Assembly: GCA_951406725.2 (NCBI GenBank)
Contig: OX597819.1
Coordinates: forward strand, 134,726,001-134,790,000
Length of the DNA: 64,000 bases
Origin: Octopus vulgaris
Taxonomy: Eukaryota
Direction: 5' to 3'
Shown: piece after piece, positions 23,128 through 35,390 of the stretch
Layout of the letters: each line of letters begins with the position of its first letter
Position numbering within the stretch: the first letter of the stretch is position 1
Translations under genes and position numbers: made by a program
The notes under the pieces: model-generated
Databases searched by the model: none
What the model was told of the DNA's origin: nothing
Seen by the model: only the letters and a program-made list of their open reading frames with translations

Positions 23128-23250
23128 ATGTTGATGAGTGTTTACAAATGAATTATCCTTGTTCAAATTTGGCTACTTGCAAAAATACAGTTGGAAAATT
23201 TGTTTGTACGTGTTCTGATGGATTCAAGGGAAACGGGTCACATTGTACAG
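23128..23250 (+). CDS. Exon B: calcium-binding EGF domain
   Basis: Acceptor ttttatag|AT, donor ACAG|gtaact; 123 nt, phase 1-1; DVDECLQMNYPCSNLATCKNTVGKFVCTCSDGFKGNGSHCT (this frame is not in the ORF track). Confidence 0.93.
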
Positions 23251-24086
23251 GTAACTACTGTTTCTTTTTTTAGATATTTTCTTCCAACTGACTCTGCCAG
23301 AATTCCTTCTATTGTATCTGCATTAAATGTATTTAGTTGTAGGTGTGTCATTGTTCGAGAGATTAGGGTTGCTAATATTGACTAGTTACCAAGTTTACTG
23401 ATGGTGCACTTCTGCAGTTGGCATGAAGAGGCTCTTTGGAACTTATTAGTACTGATGCCATGACAAATGCACCCAGTAGACTCTGTAAATTAGTTGGGTG
23501 TTAGAAAGGGTGTCTGGTTGTAGGAATCCTGCCAAAAATGAGACATGAGAATAATGCTCGACCATCCAACTCCTTCATCCCTGTTGAATCATTCCATTCA
23601 TGGAAAATGGAAATTGTGATGAAGATGATGGGCATCATCATCATCATCATTGTCATGGTCATTATCATTTTCTTGATGGAATGGTTTGGACAGTTTGGCA
23701 GGAGCTGGCAAGGCTTGGAGCCACACTAGATTCCATTATTTCGACATGGTTCCTGCATGTGGATGCCCTTCCTGATGCCAATCTCTTTACAGAGCTTACT
23801 GGGGGCTTTTTATGCAGCAGTGCTTTTTACATGGCACCAGCACTGGTAGAGGTCACCAAATGTCCAGGGTGATCCTTAGAAGTAGTAGACAGCTTCTGTT
23901 ACCTAGGTAAGTTAGTAATGGAGGATGGCAAGGGACCAAAACGTCTGGCAATTTGTTGTGCTTGAGATGGGGCCATCCTTACGTAGAGGCAGGCCCTTCA
24001 CATGCATCAGCCCAGCTTACAAACTCATGCAGTCTCTCCTTTGTCAAACTCACTCATGATCACTGCAGACCCCTCCACTTTCCCTC

Positions 24087-24347
24087 AAATCATTTTACAC
24101 ATGTCACCGGCACAGGTGCCAGTAAGGTGATGTTGGTAACGATCACGCTCGAATGGTGCCCTTTTATGTGCCACGGCACGGGGGCCAGTCAGGCGGTTCT
24201 GGCAATGACCTCGCTCAAATCATTTTACACATGTCACCGGCACAGGTGCCAGTAAGGTGACGTTGGTAACGATCACGCTCGAATGGTGCCCTTTTACGTG
24301 CCACCTGCACGTGGGCCAGTCATGTGGCACTGGCAATGACCTCGCTC
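24087..24347 (-). repeat. About 130-bp tandem duplication of RTE 3' UTR modules
   Basis: AAATCATTTTACACATGTCACCGGCACAGGTGCCAGTAAGG... occurs at 24087 and again at 24217. Confidence 0.85.
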
Positions 24348-24424
24348 ATGTGTGACTACAAATAATTTTCATATCTGTCTGTTTATTTTGTTTTATTTTT
24401 ATTTATTGATTTTTATCTTTTCAG

Positions 24425-24547
24425 ATATTGATGAATGTTCCGATCAGACAGATACATGCTCAGAATTTGCTAACTGCATCAATAATTTTGGTGGATACAG
24501 TTGTGCCTGCAACGATGGCTTTGTGGGGGACGGCTTCAAGTGTTTAG
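24425..24547 (+). CDS. Exon C: calcium-binding EGF domain
   Basis: Acceptor ttttcag|AT, donor TTAG|gttagt; 123 nt, phase 1-1; [41 protein letters not shown]. Confidence 0.93.
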   Translation: MLMNVPIRQIHAQNLLTASIILVDTVVPATMALWGTASSV

Positions 24548-25319
24548 GTTAGTATCATTTGATTTATTTTCAAAATGTGCCGAGTCAGATATGAACAATA
24601 TTTAAATGGATGATAAAAGTTTATTAGAGTAAAAGGTCAACAGAAAAAAAACTGAAAAGGAAAGAGTCTGTAAGACATCAGTAAAAAGTATTGAACTATT
24701 CTGCTGTCATAATGAATAGTAAGACTTAATCAAAGAAATCTATGCTGCTATTTAATAAATTCCCTAATTTGTCATTGTACTTTTTTTTCCTTTTTTCAAT
24801 GTACCATCATCATCATCATCATCATCCTCCTTTAATGTCTGTTTTTCCATGTTGGCATGGGTTGGACAGTTTGACTGAGGGCTGGCAAACCAGGAGGCTG
24901 CACCAGGCTCCACTCTGATCTGGAAAGTTTCTACAGCTGGATGCCCTTCCTAATGCCAACCACTCCGAGAGTGTAGTTGGTGCTTTTCACGTGCCACCAG
25001 CACAGGAGCCAGTTAGGTGGTGCCAGCATCGACTATGCTCAAATGGTGCTTTTTATGTAACACATATTTTTAAAGAACATTTTTGGGGACAGTGTGCTGG
25101 AAATTCTTCTGCTGATATTTCCAATCAGATTCTTATAATTAGTGGAAACTCAGAATTTCTGTGGATGTACAACTTTGTACCCAGGAATTTGACTGAGCAC
25201 AGGATGTATGAAATAAACAATTCAAATACCCCAGTGTATGTGTGCATAGCTTCTATAACAGGTCATGTCTCATCGGCATGTGGTTGACATGAAAGTTTTA
25301 TATAAATATGGAGAATATA

Positions 25320-26211
25320 TGAGGTTTCATCAAAAAGAATCTGGACTATTGCCATAATAACGAAGCTAAAACATTCAGTGTGAAGCTGCTTGGCAAAGAA
25401 CACTGGCCTCGAACACTGCTGTGCATGCACACTAAGTTTTAACATTCTAGTTCACTTCCACTGTTTGGAAGGAAGGTGTGTAGCGTGTGATCATTGCAAG
25501 GACCATAACAGAGAAAGTTGTCATGGCGAGACCAGCTCAGAGGCCAACACAAAGTTGCAGAAAGTGTATGGAGGGGAGTGTAATGGCTGCACACACAAAT
25601 GTACGAGTGGTTCAAATGTGGTTCAAGATGGCTTCAAAGAATGTCGATATTGACAAACGTTCTGAGAGACCTGCAACCAGCAGAACTGAGGAAAACATCA
25701 GAGATGTGTATGATGCAGCAGTGAGGGGGGAATTGTCATATCACCATCCGTGAGTTATCAGAGGATGTGCAGACTAGTTAGGGTTCAGTTCAGTCCATTG
25801 AAAGGTTTGAGTATGAGACGCGTGTCTGCCAAGTTTGTGCCAAAACTGCTTTCAGCTGACCAAAAGGACACTTGGATTTCAGCTGTACAAGATCTTGATT
25901 GTGTTGAGATCGATGAAAACTTTTTGAAAACTTTGCATAGGCCTCTGAGCTGGTATCACTAAGCTTTTGACAAAATTTTATGCAGATTCTCTGCTCAACT
26001 TTCTCTATCATGGTCAGTGTGATGATCACATGCTACACACCTTCCTTCCAAGCACTGCTGTAAACGGAGCTAACATTCTGTGAGCTAGCATGTTATATTT
26101 AGTGCACCTGCACAGCATAGTACACGGTCAATCTGTGCCAAGCAGCCTCACTTTGTGTGCTTTAGCTTCGTTACTATGGCAACACTCTGGACACTTATTG
26201 ATCAGACCACA
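25320..26211. mobile_element. Mariner/Tc1-derived non-autonomous element with long inverted arms
   Basis: TA flanks; ends TGAGGTTTCATCAAAAAG...AACGAAGCTAAA versus reverse complement of TTTAGCTTCGTT...TTGATCAGACCACA; transposase N-terminal remnants on both strands (LQKVYG..WFK...RSERPATSRTEENI, RVSAKFVPKLL on +; EQRICIKFCQKL on -). Confidence 0.8.
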
Positions 26212-26271
26212 TATAACACATTTGAATTTTTTTCTGAACTCTCATGTTACTTTTGTGATTTTATTTCATAG

Positions 26272-26387
26272 AAAAACCAATGGTTGATTATAAAACTGAA
26301 GTTCCGGTGAAACAGAATGAGTTGTATGGACCTTATTTCATAAACCTAAAAATTACAGTTTTTAATCTTATCTATCAGAATATTTAT
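26272..26387 (+). CDS. Exon D: linker and N-terminal part of the NIDO region
   Basis: Acceptor tttcatag|AA, donor TAT|gtgagt; 116 nt, phase 1-0, which exactly bridges exon C (ends phase 1) and exon E (starts phase 0); EKPMVDYKTEVPVKQNELYGPYFINLKITVFNLIYQNIY joins VSVNGYIAFG to give the typical ...Y-VSxNG-x-I-x-F NIDO lead-in. Confidence 0.82.
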
Positions 26388-26634
26388 GTGAGTTACAATT
26401 TGATTTTTATCCACACATATTGATTACTATATTTTAGTAAGCATAAATATTTCTTGTTTGCTTTTTATACAAGACATAACAAATCAGATGTAGTCTTTTT
26501 TTATCTTAGCCTTTATGTAAACACAGTAGAATACTACATACTACATACTACCTCATCTTTCTTTCGTCTCTTTATTGCTATTTCCTCCTATTTACATTTT
26601 TCATTGTTACTTTGACTCTTTTTTATTATTGTTA

Positions 26635-27035
26635 TCTGTATATATATAAGGCAGGATGTGTGTGTACGTGAATGTAGTTTATGCACATCCACAAAATAGC
26701 ACGCATGTCACTCAAATTTTAGGACATTCGTCACGAATCTAGCTGTATATTCATCAAATTATTTTCTCCCGAGGCACCCGTCAATAGTGGTAAATAATTT
26801 TGAGCCATACTTCTATCAATTTTCACGGCGGAGAAATTCACCATTGTTTACAAACCAAACATGAGTTAAGTCCCCTTCTAGCGATGGTGTAAAGAGAGGG
26901 GGGAGAGAGAGAGAGAGATAACAGATTTTTAAAATTTCTTTTTATTGAGTGATTGACAGACAGGGGTTGTTATGTATGTGTGAATGGCTTCAGACACACA
27001 CACGAGCATGTATGCGTACAAAACACATGCATGCA

Positions 27036-27072
<37 letters not shown>

Positions 27073-28418
27073 GCCCATATATATATATATGAAGGCGGCG
27101 AGCTGGCAGAATGGTTAGCACGCCGGGCGAAATGCGTAGCCGTATTTCGCCTGCTGTTACGTTCTGAGTTCAAATTCCGCCGAGGTCGACTTGGCCTTTC
27201 ATCCTTTCGGGGTCGATAAATAAAGTACCAGTTATGCACTGGGGTCGATGTGGTCGACTTGATCCCTTTGTCTGTCTTTGTTTGTCCCCTCTGTGTTTAG
27301 CCCCTTGTGGGCAATAAAAAAATATATATATATATATATATACGCACACAACATAAATGATATTCTCCGTTTCTCCACAACTAATTTCCAAATTAGCTGA
27401 ATCCATTGCTCTACTCATAGCAATATATAGTTGGTCGTGCGTGAACATGGGAGAGAGCAGAGGTTACCAGAGCAAAAGACCTACGTGTTGACTGTAGACA
27501 AGCTCCTTCGCAAACAATCAGCTATTTTTTTGTAAACAATGTTTCTTCCTGTTACTGGGTGCCAAATTTGCTTCAATTGATGGTATTACTCGGGTAGGAG
27601 GTGGTGGTGGGACAGTGGCAGGGGCAAAGGTGTGCAAAAACATGTATGCAATAGGTGTATGTACGTATATGTTTGTGTGTGTGTGTTTCTCATATGTATA
27701 TACTTAGTTGTGATCTGAATATAACCGCTTCTCACACAGATGATCGGGGGCCCTTTTGGGCGTTCTATTTTCCTTGCTGAAAGGGTTCTTAACCCATGGG
27801 CTAAGTGAGGTTACATGATGGCGGTGGTGTATTCAAAGGGCTGGTATATGCAACCTGATCACGTCTGCCGATCAAACTCCCAACCCATGCGCTCCCATCA
27901 CGACACTGATTCTGCAGAACTGGGTTGGATATGAAAACCAACTTTAAAGTATAAATATTGATGTTTTTGAATCAGCAATGTTTGGTTAAGTCCTATTTGG
28001 GTGAAAAATCAATAAACTATTTCCTTATGGGGTTTTCCATTTAATCAGGATAAAAAAATTATAGGACTTCCCACTAAAATTAGTTACACCCCATTTTCAA
28101 CCATAACGTCTACCAATTTTGATGTATTTTGTTCGAACTTGATGCCAGCATTATTTAGGACTCTTGGGATCTTTGAATGTTTTAAGTTTTCCTAAACGAA
28201 AAAAAAAAAAAATCGATGAGTGGAAAAAATCAATAAACCGATTCCTTATTGGATTTCCCAATCAAATTGTCTGCAAAATTTCAGCCAAAAGTTTACCAAT
28301 TTCAACGGATTTCACTCAAATTTGACGTTGATGTTACTTAGTTTGCTTTGAAATAAAGAGCTTGATTATCTTAAATAATCCTAACTTAATCCCGAGCAAA
28401 GCCGGGCTATACTGCTAG
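26635..28418 (+). mobile_element. Non-autonomous Helitron
   Basis: 5' A|TCTGTATATATATAAG; 3' hairpin CCCG-AGCAAAGC-CGGG then CTAG|T; internal antisense Pif1-helicase C-terminal remnant (VFTHDQLYIAMSRA...TENIIY, about 27340-27455). Confidence 0.78.
27092..27320 (+). mobile_element. tRNA-derived SINE (octopus OK-like, with a Nin/Deu-like central domain) nested in the Helitron
   Basis: A box TGGCAGAATGG, B box GAGTTCAAATTCC, central GCCTTTCATCCTTTCGGGGTCGATAAA..GTACCAG; decayed antisense copies near 10790-10885, 16085-16480, 52960-53140, 56400-56480. Confidence 0.8.
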
Positions 28419-28728
28419 TTTTACTTATAAAATTTCTTGCAATTTTTAACTTAAATTTTTCTTACTAAATTATTTCTCTGATACTATCTTTTCATCTTGA
28501 CTTTATTTTTTTACCTGGCACTTTTGTTTTTTTTATCATATTATGTTTCCCTTGCTTATCAGGACATTTTAAAATCTTATTTTCTTTTTACAGAAAACCC
28601 TCATCATTTGTTGATTACTACATCTTACAATTATATCCTCCTTTACTCTCAGCTTCTCTTTTTTTTTTTTATTTTTGCTTCCTTGCCTTTACTTCTATTT
28701 CTTCTCTCGTCTTCCAAATACCATTTTA

Positions 28729-28774
28729 TTTTATCTAGTTTCAGCTCACGAGCTGTGGCCATACTGGGGCACCG
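28729..28774 (-). mobile_element. About 45-nt extreme 3' tail of the CR1/L2-like LINE
   Basis: TTATCTAGTTTCAGCTCACGAGCTGTGGCCATACTGGGGCACCG is near-identical to about 982-1027. Confidence 0.8.
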
Positions 28775-29166
28775 GTTGGTCCCTCTAGAGTTATTCCCCA
28801 TTACATTCTACCTCTTCTCATTCTTCAAAACAAAAAAGGCCCTTTGAAAAGTTAAAATTCTATTTCTTGTTTCATCTTGCTAAAATTATTTGTACTTTGA
28901 ATTTTATTTAACTGGATTTTGCTTATACAGAACATGGCTAGTATTCTCCACTCCTAGTAACTTCTTTCTTGCCTAAATCCTCCAACTTTGACTAAGTTTC
29001 TGAAAAACTGAACTTGCAATTCCTGATAGAAAAAGGATGAAGATACATAACCTTTCACAGCCCTTTGCAAGAACCTAATTTTTCTTATTTCTTTTGATAC
29101 TAATCATCAAAAATATTTAAAAAGCTGGATAAAAATTCTCACCCTAAACCAATAAAATAAAGAGAG

Positions 29167-31517
29167 TGTAGAGCACTGCCCAAAGATTTATGACAGATGA
29201 ACTGTAGACAGGAATTTTGTTGTAGGCTAACTAGAAAGCTGGTCTGTGGTGAAGTTGACTTCCCGTTAAGTAGGCTTTCTATTCTAGCAGGAGTTGACCC
29301 TCATGGATTTAACTGATCTTTTGTTAACAAAATCTGGGCATCTGTTAATTTTTTTTGCATATAGCTTAACTAAAGTTATAAATGGTGATCCCACTGAAGA
29401 ACGACAGCTTTCGCTTTGCACATCAAAGTAAATAGGAAATAAAAGAAAGATAGCAAACAATTACACAACAGCACTGAATCTACCACAATTCTGGCTGAGA
29501 AGGGCTGAGCTAGGGTTTGCACTGGTGGAAGTGCAATTCAATGTACACAAAATAACTTGGGACCGAATGAAATACTCGTGCATAGTAGCGGCACTGGATG
29601 AAGACCCAGCAATGAGGGTACTGGATATTTTAACTCAACTCCCAGCAATGCACAAATACAATACATGAAAAACAGGCTGGGGGAGACATTCGAGTGGAGC
29701 AAACAGGAAGCAGCAGCCAAGATACTAGAGGAGGAATTAGGGATTCCAAGCCTTCAGAGTTGATGGACAAGATGCTGGCATTAGTCCCCCCCCCAGTGAA
29801 TCACCTTCGTTTTTGTTTAAGGAAATATTCCTTCACAAGTTACAACCCCAGGTCCAGGCCCCATAACTCAGACTGAGATGAAAGACTTGTGGCAATTAGC
29901 AAAAGTAGCCAACAAACATTTTTCATCCAGTGGTCAACACTTTAGGGTCAGCCCTGAGACATGGTAGAGTTAAGCAAGATGGCATCTGCTTCTACCACAC
30001 AAAGGTCAGGAAAAAAACTACAAAGTGCAAACAACCGTATAGCTTGAGGACCCTTTGGCCATTGACCCAGGAAAACTCCAGTTCTAGCTACCATTGAATG
30101 CTCTGGTAGCCAGCAGACATGATAACTGCTCCCCTATGTCTGCACAGGAACAGAAGTCAGCATGATCCCAGTGTCAGCAAGGGACCTCTGTTATGGAAAG
30201 CGAGGCCAACCTTCAGTGGCCACCAATGGCTCCACAATTGAGGTATACAGTCACCACATTCTTTCTCTCAACATTGGCTCACAAAAATACATATGGGCAT
30301 TTACCATCACCAATGTCCATCAACCTGTTATCATCAACAGCAACACATGTTTCCGTGTCTCTGGCAACATCTACACATGCCACCTTCTGCATAGCAACCG
30401 TCTCTCAGACCGAGAACAAATTCTTGAATCTCTTTGCGACCCTCCCCTATCTCACTATCCCAACATTCTTCAGACCTACTGCCATGACCAATTGTCCTAT
30501 TAGCTTGGTGCAAGAAAGTTTTCAACATCATTCACAGACTGTGTCACCCAGGTACTAGAGCCACATGGCACCTGCTGTCAAGCAAGTTTATCTGGCCCAG
30601 TATGGTCAGGCAAACTGGGGACTAGGCCACGACCTGTATCCCTGTCAACAGGCCAAGGTCCATCAGTGCACCAAAGCATCCCTGGGCAACTACGAACCAC
30701 CACAGGCCTGTTTCAGTCACATCATCATTAACCCTGTCAGCCTCCTACCACCTTCTCAGGGTTGCTCGTACCTTCTTACCTTGGTAGACTGCTACACTCA
30801 TTGGCCTAAGGCTATCCCTCTCTGCAGCACGAAAACACAAGAAGCTAACTGTGCCTGCATCACAAACTGGGTTGCCCATTTCGGTGTCCCAGGCAGCATC
30901 TCATCTGATCGGGGCCCACAATTCACATCAAAGCTGTGGAATGACAAGTGTGACCTTTTTGTAATCACAATGAAGTGCACAACAGCCTACCATCCACAGA
31001 CCAACGGATTAGTGGAGAGATTTCACTGCTACCCAAAAGAATCCCTGACAACCAGACTTAACAGGCCCAATTGGATTAGTCAGCTTCCATGGGTGATACT
31101 GGGAGTCAGCACCACCCCAGACGGAAATCTCAACACTTCTTCTTCCACAGAAATGGCGTATGGTGCCTCTCTTACAGTGTCAGGAGAGTTTCTTCCAAAC
31201 ACAAAATGACACTCAGATGTCAAAAGATAGCTCACACGACTGAGAGACAGTGTGGACCAGTTGTGCCCTATTCCCATGCCAAAAGATGGTACACCCAGAT
31301 CATGTGTACCAGGGGGAACTATATGTAGGGCACTGTCCAAGGATTTGTGACAGATGAACTGTAGACAGGAACTTTGCTGGTTTGTGGCGAAGTCGACTTC
31401 TTGTTCAGCTGGTTTTCTATTCCAACAGGACTTCATGGATTGAACTGAATAAATCTTTTGTTAACACAAACTGGGTTTCTGTTAATTTTTTTGTGTAAAG
31501 CTTAACTAAAGCTCTAA
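29167..31517 (+). mobile_element. Decayed, internally deleted Gypsy (CsRn1-like) LTR element
   Basis: LTRs about 29167-29381 and 31324-31517 (TGTAG start); PBS TGGTGATCCC at 29383 (tRNA-Trp-like TGGTGACCCC); PPT AGGGGGAAC at 31311; gag remnant KPSELMDKMLAL; protease TGTEVSMIP..ATNGSTI; integrase ORF 30565-31209 (LLTLVD, SDRGPQFTS, TTAYHPQTNGLVERFH); RT/RH not seen. Confidence 0.85.
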
Positions 31518-31815
31518 GAATTCAATGAATTCATTTGTTATCAAGCCTTGCCTTTCATCTGAGAGTAAAGAAAATGGAAAGGCACTGACTTTATTGAGCT
31601 TTCCTCTTCATTATCACTTGTTTCCTCAGATGGAATATTTACCTTATATAGAATCCCTTATTTCTTGATGATTTCATTTTAGGGTGAGGATTGAAATTAG
31701 CATTGTATGAATTAGTTTAAGGATTATGATTAGCTTATCCACATTCATCTTCTTTATTCAACTGATTTTGTCTGACTTTTTATGCTATTGAGAAATCATT
31801 TCATCTGCTTTGCAG

Positions 31816-32091
31816 GTTAGTGTCAATGGTTACATTGCTTTTGGTGAAAAAAGTTATGCACAACCAGATGGAACTTTCCCTGCAGCCTCTCCTGTTTTGG
31901 CTCCGTTTTGGACTGCTTTCGACGTTGCTGCCCCTGGCAAAATATTCATTGATAGTTATGAATATTGTAAAGATAAAGCAATATTAAATAGAATTGGTAA
32001 CATGATATCGTCTGCCTTTCATGCTAAACATGCTGTTGTTGTGACATGGGAAAATCTTTCCCCTTATCCTGCATCTGAATTTGGAAATGAA
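31816..32091 (+). CDS. Exon E: NIDO domain
   Basis: Acceptor tttgcag|GTT, donor GAA|gtaagt; 276 nt, phase 0-0; VSVNGYIAFG...VLAPFWTAFD...AVVVTWENLSPYP matches the NIDO motifs (APFW, VxTW). Confidence 0.9.
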
Positions 32092-32876
32092 GTAAGTTGT
32101 AAATACGCTTTAATTTAAATTTCGTCTGTACGATTAATTTATACACTTGTGTTTCAACGAAAGGTGATCTGTTAGATTTTCATGATTCAAATTTTCCTTT
32201 ATTCATTTATTTATTTGTTTATTTTTAGTTTTTTAAGGATTCTTGTTAAAATAACACCATATTAGATTATCTAACTAAAGCTTTGCAATTATTTTCTGTC
32301 AAAAAAATCTCAATCCCAAACTGTTTATTGTTACCAGTTCTCATCATCATCATCACCACCACCACCATCATCATCATCAACACCACCACCATCATCATCA
32401 TCATCATCATTTACCATCCGTCTTCCATGCTCTCGTAGATTGGATGGTTTGACAGGCACTAGCAATGCCAGGAGCTTCAACAGGTTTCATAGTCTGTTTT
32501 GGAATGGCTTCTACAGGTTGGTGCCCTTCCTAAAGCCAACCACTTTACAAAGTGTATTTGGTGCTTTTTACATGGCACCAAGCCTTCTGGCTGTTTAAAG
32601 TTGTTTAAGATAATTCCTGTATCCATTTCATGTCCATTTTCTATGCCAGCAACGGTTGGAACAGAAGAGAGTGATTTGAGACATGACTTTAGGGCCAGAT
32701 GCTCTTCGTGTCAATCTTTCCTGCTTTTCAAGTAAAAGACTTTTTTTTTATTCCAGAGGTTTTCATAAGCACAGTGCAATCAGTCCTAATGTCAATGGGG
32801 AATGTCAACAATATGTTTGGCTCAATGGAAGCAGCAAATGATCAACACTCATACTATAACTTCTTATAACATATAT

Positions 32877-32918
<42 letters not shown>

Positions 32919-34358
32919 TATGCTACAGAAATTTTAGTAAAGGAGGGTTACTTCTATGTGGCCATTCACCTGGTTAAGAACTCTCACATTGCTATCTCAG
33001 AAAATGGAGAAGACACATTGGATGAAATAGTCCTGGATATGTTAAAAGGACATACTAAGATGCAAATTGATGAGAAGGAATTAACTCAAGTTACGCAGAT
33101 CATCATCATCATCACCACCACCACCACCATCATCATCACCACCACCATCATCATCATCATCACCACCACCATCATCATCATCATCATCATGATGTCCATT
33201 TTGCATTCTGGCACGAGTTGCATCACATGACAGGATCCAACAAGTCAGTGGACTTCAAAGTTTGCTTTGGCATAGTTTCTGCAGCTGGATGACCCTGGAA
33301 CCCTAATGCTAATGGTTCTGAGTTCAATTCCTGACTGCATTGTATCCTTCAGCAAGATGCTTTACTTCATGTTGCTCCAGTCCACTCAGCTGGCAAAATG
33401 AGTTGTACCTTGTCACATTCTGTGTCTTGCTGGACCTCCCCGAGAACTACATTAAGGGTTTGTGTGTCTGTGGAGTACTCAGCCATTTGCATAATAATTT
33501 CATGAGTAGGTTGTCCTGTTGATATTCTGGAACACTCATTGTCATAGCTGATAGAGTACCAGTTATATACTTGGTGCTTTTGAAATCACTATGCAGCTCA
33601 CAAGACTAAATGCGACTTTAGTAGAGTGGCAAGTGACTTTATGCTAGGAAACAAGAAGTTATAGTATGAAAGAAGGGCCAAAACCAGGAGATGTATAAGC
33701 TATTCACTTGATAGAAAAGAAGGTGGAAGCAACTGGGTTGGAGAGAGACAGATGGTAGCGACTAGGGTTAGGGTGGGCCCTCAAGGTAGGAGAAGATGAA
33801 AAGAAATAAGTGGGTAGAGAAGAAAGGGAATGGTAGGGAAGAAGACATTACAAGAGAGTGAGGGATAGTTAGAGATGGAATAGATACAAGGAATAGTGAA
33901 GAAGTATTGAAAGCTGGTTGATGATAAATATGAGTTGGAGGAAAGGTAGAGGAGAGTAGGGGATGACTGGCAGTACAGAAAAGGATGAAGAGAAATTTTT
34001 TATAATATCCCCCTAATATCTAGATTTAATATAGTTGAGTTTATCTCATGAAGCTCTACACTAATTTTATATCTTTGAACCTCTGCCCTATTTGGAAGAC
34101 AAAACAAGTAAAAAAAACTTGTTTCTTGTCGTCATGATTATAATGAAGTTTACTCTATCACAATAATTACCATCCTCATTATTATACGAATACTTTTTAA
34201 TTAAAATGAAATTAAAATGAATTGGTTTTAAATGAAAGACATTTTTATTTTATACGTAAGATTATCAAATTTTCTAACTTTCCAACTCTCTGGAATGAAT
34301 AAATGTTGAAGATTGAATGAAAACTAATTTTTTGTTTGTTTCGTTGTTTTCTTTCCAG

Positions 34359-34551
34359 ACCATCACATTCCAAAGCATTCTGGTTTCAAATGGAACATTC
34401 TTCTATGCTATCTTTAACTATGACAAAGACAACGTAAAGCTAAATGCAGAAGCTAATCGAGATATTTTGGTTGGCTATGGCGATGGTAAAGGTGGATCTA
34501 CTGTTTTTGCTCAGGATAAAATATTCTTCAACTTATTAGAGGCAGGAAATG
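34359..34551 (+). CDS. Exon F: NIDO domain, C-terminal part
   Basis: Acceptor tttccag|ACC, donor AATG|gtatgt; 193 nt, phase 0-1; TITFQSILVSNGTFFYAIFNY...LVGYGDG (NIDO TFQxxLxxxG..YxIFNY motif). Confidence 0.9.
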
Positions 34552-35309
34552 GTATGTTGCTTTAATTCATTTTTGTTAAAGTTCTCTAATTGTTCATCAA
34601 AAATAATTAACTGAAATATAAATATATTGGCATGTATAATTACCCAACAACGAATGTAACCATTTTGGTAAATGAAGCTAAGCAAACTTTTACGTCTGTC
34701 AATGTTTCTTCACTTGAGATTCCTGTACATTCTGTTTATCTATGTTCTTGTAAATGGGTGCAGCAATGTCAGATGGCTAAGAAGTTCACTTTGCAGTCAT
34801 GGGATCCCAGCGTCCAAGATTCAGTCTCACTGGATGATATCTTAAAGCAAGTTTTTTTTTTATCAAGGCTTTGGATTGAACCAAACCTTGTGCATAAAAT
34901 ATAGTTGACAAAAACTGCATTGGGTTGTCTGTGGCTGTCATTTCAACCTCCAACCTTGTTCTTCTCTACGATGTTGGTTCTGTCTGACTGTTATATTAAT
35001 CTTTATATAAAGCTGTCTGTGGCTCATACATCGACATACAATGAGCAGATTGTGCAGTTGATTAAACACCTCAGCAGCACCAACACTGTTCATGGTTCAT
35101 TTGCTTGTGAACCTGTAATTATTGTAGGCACAGGTATGGCTGCATACTGAGGAAGTTCACTTCTCAACTACATGGTTCCAGGTTCAGCTCCACTGCATGG
35201 TACCTTGGGCAAGTGTTTTCTACCATAACTCTGGGCCAATCACACAAACTGGAAGGAGCTTGTTGTGAGGATGTCTGTGTATAGTATCTGTCTCTGTGTG
35301 TGTGTGTGT

Positions 35310-35354
<45 letters not shown>

Positions 35355-35390
35355 CTTTCCCCCTCTCTCTCTCTCTATATATATATATAT

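Noticed and set aside
27092-27185. tRNA gene (also 38905, 39691, 48492)
   Set aside because: A/B boxes are present, but no full cloverleaf was evident and each continues into a SINE body, so these are tRNA-derived SINE heads.
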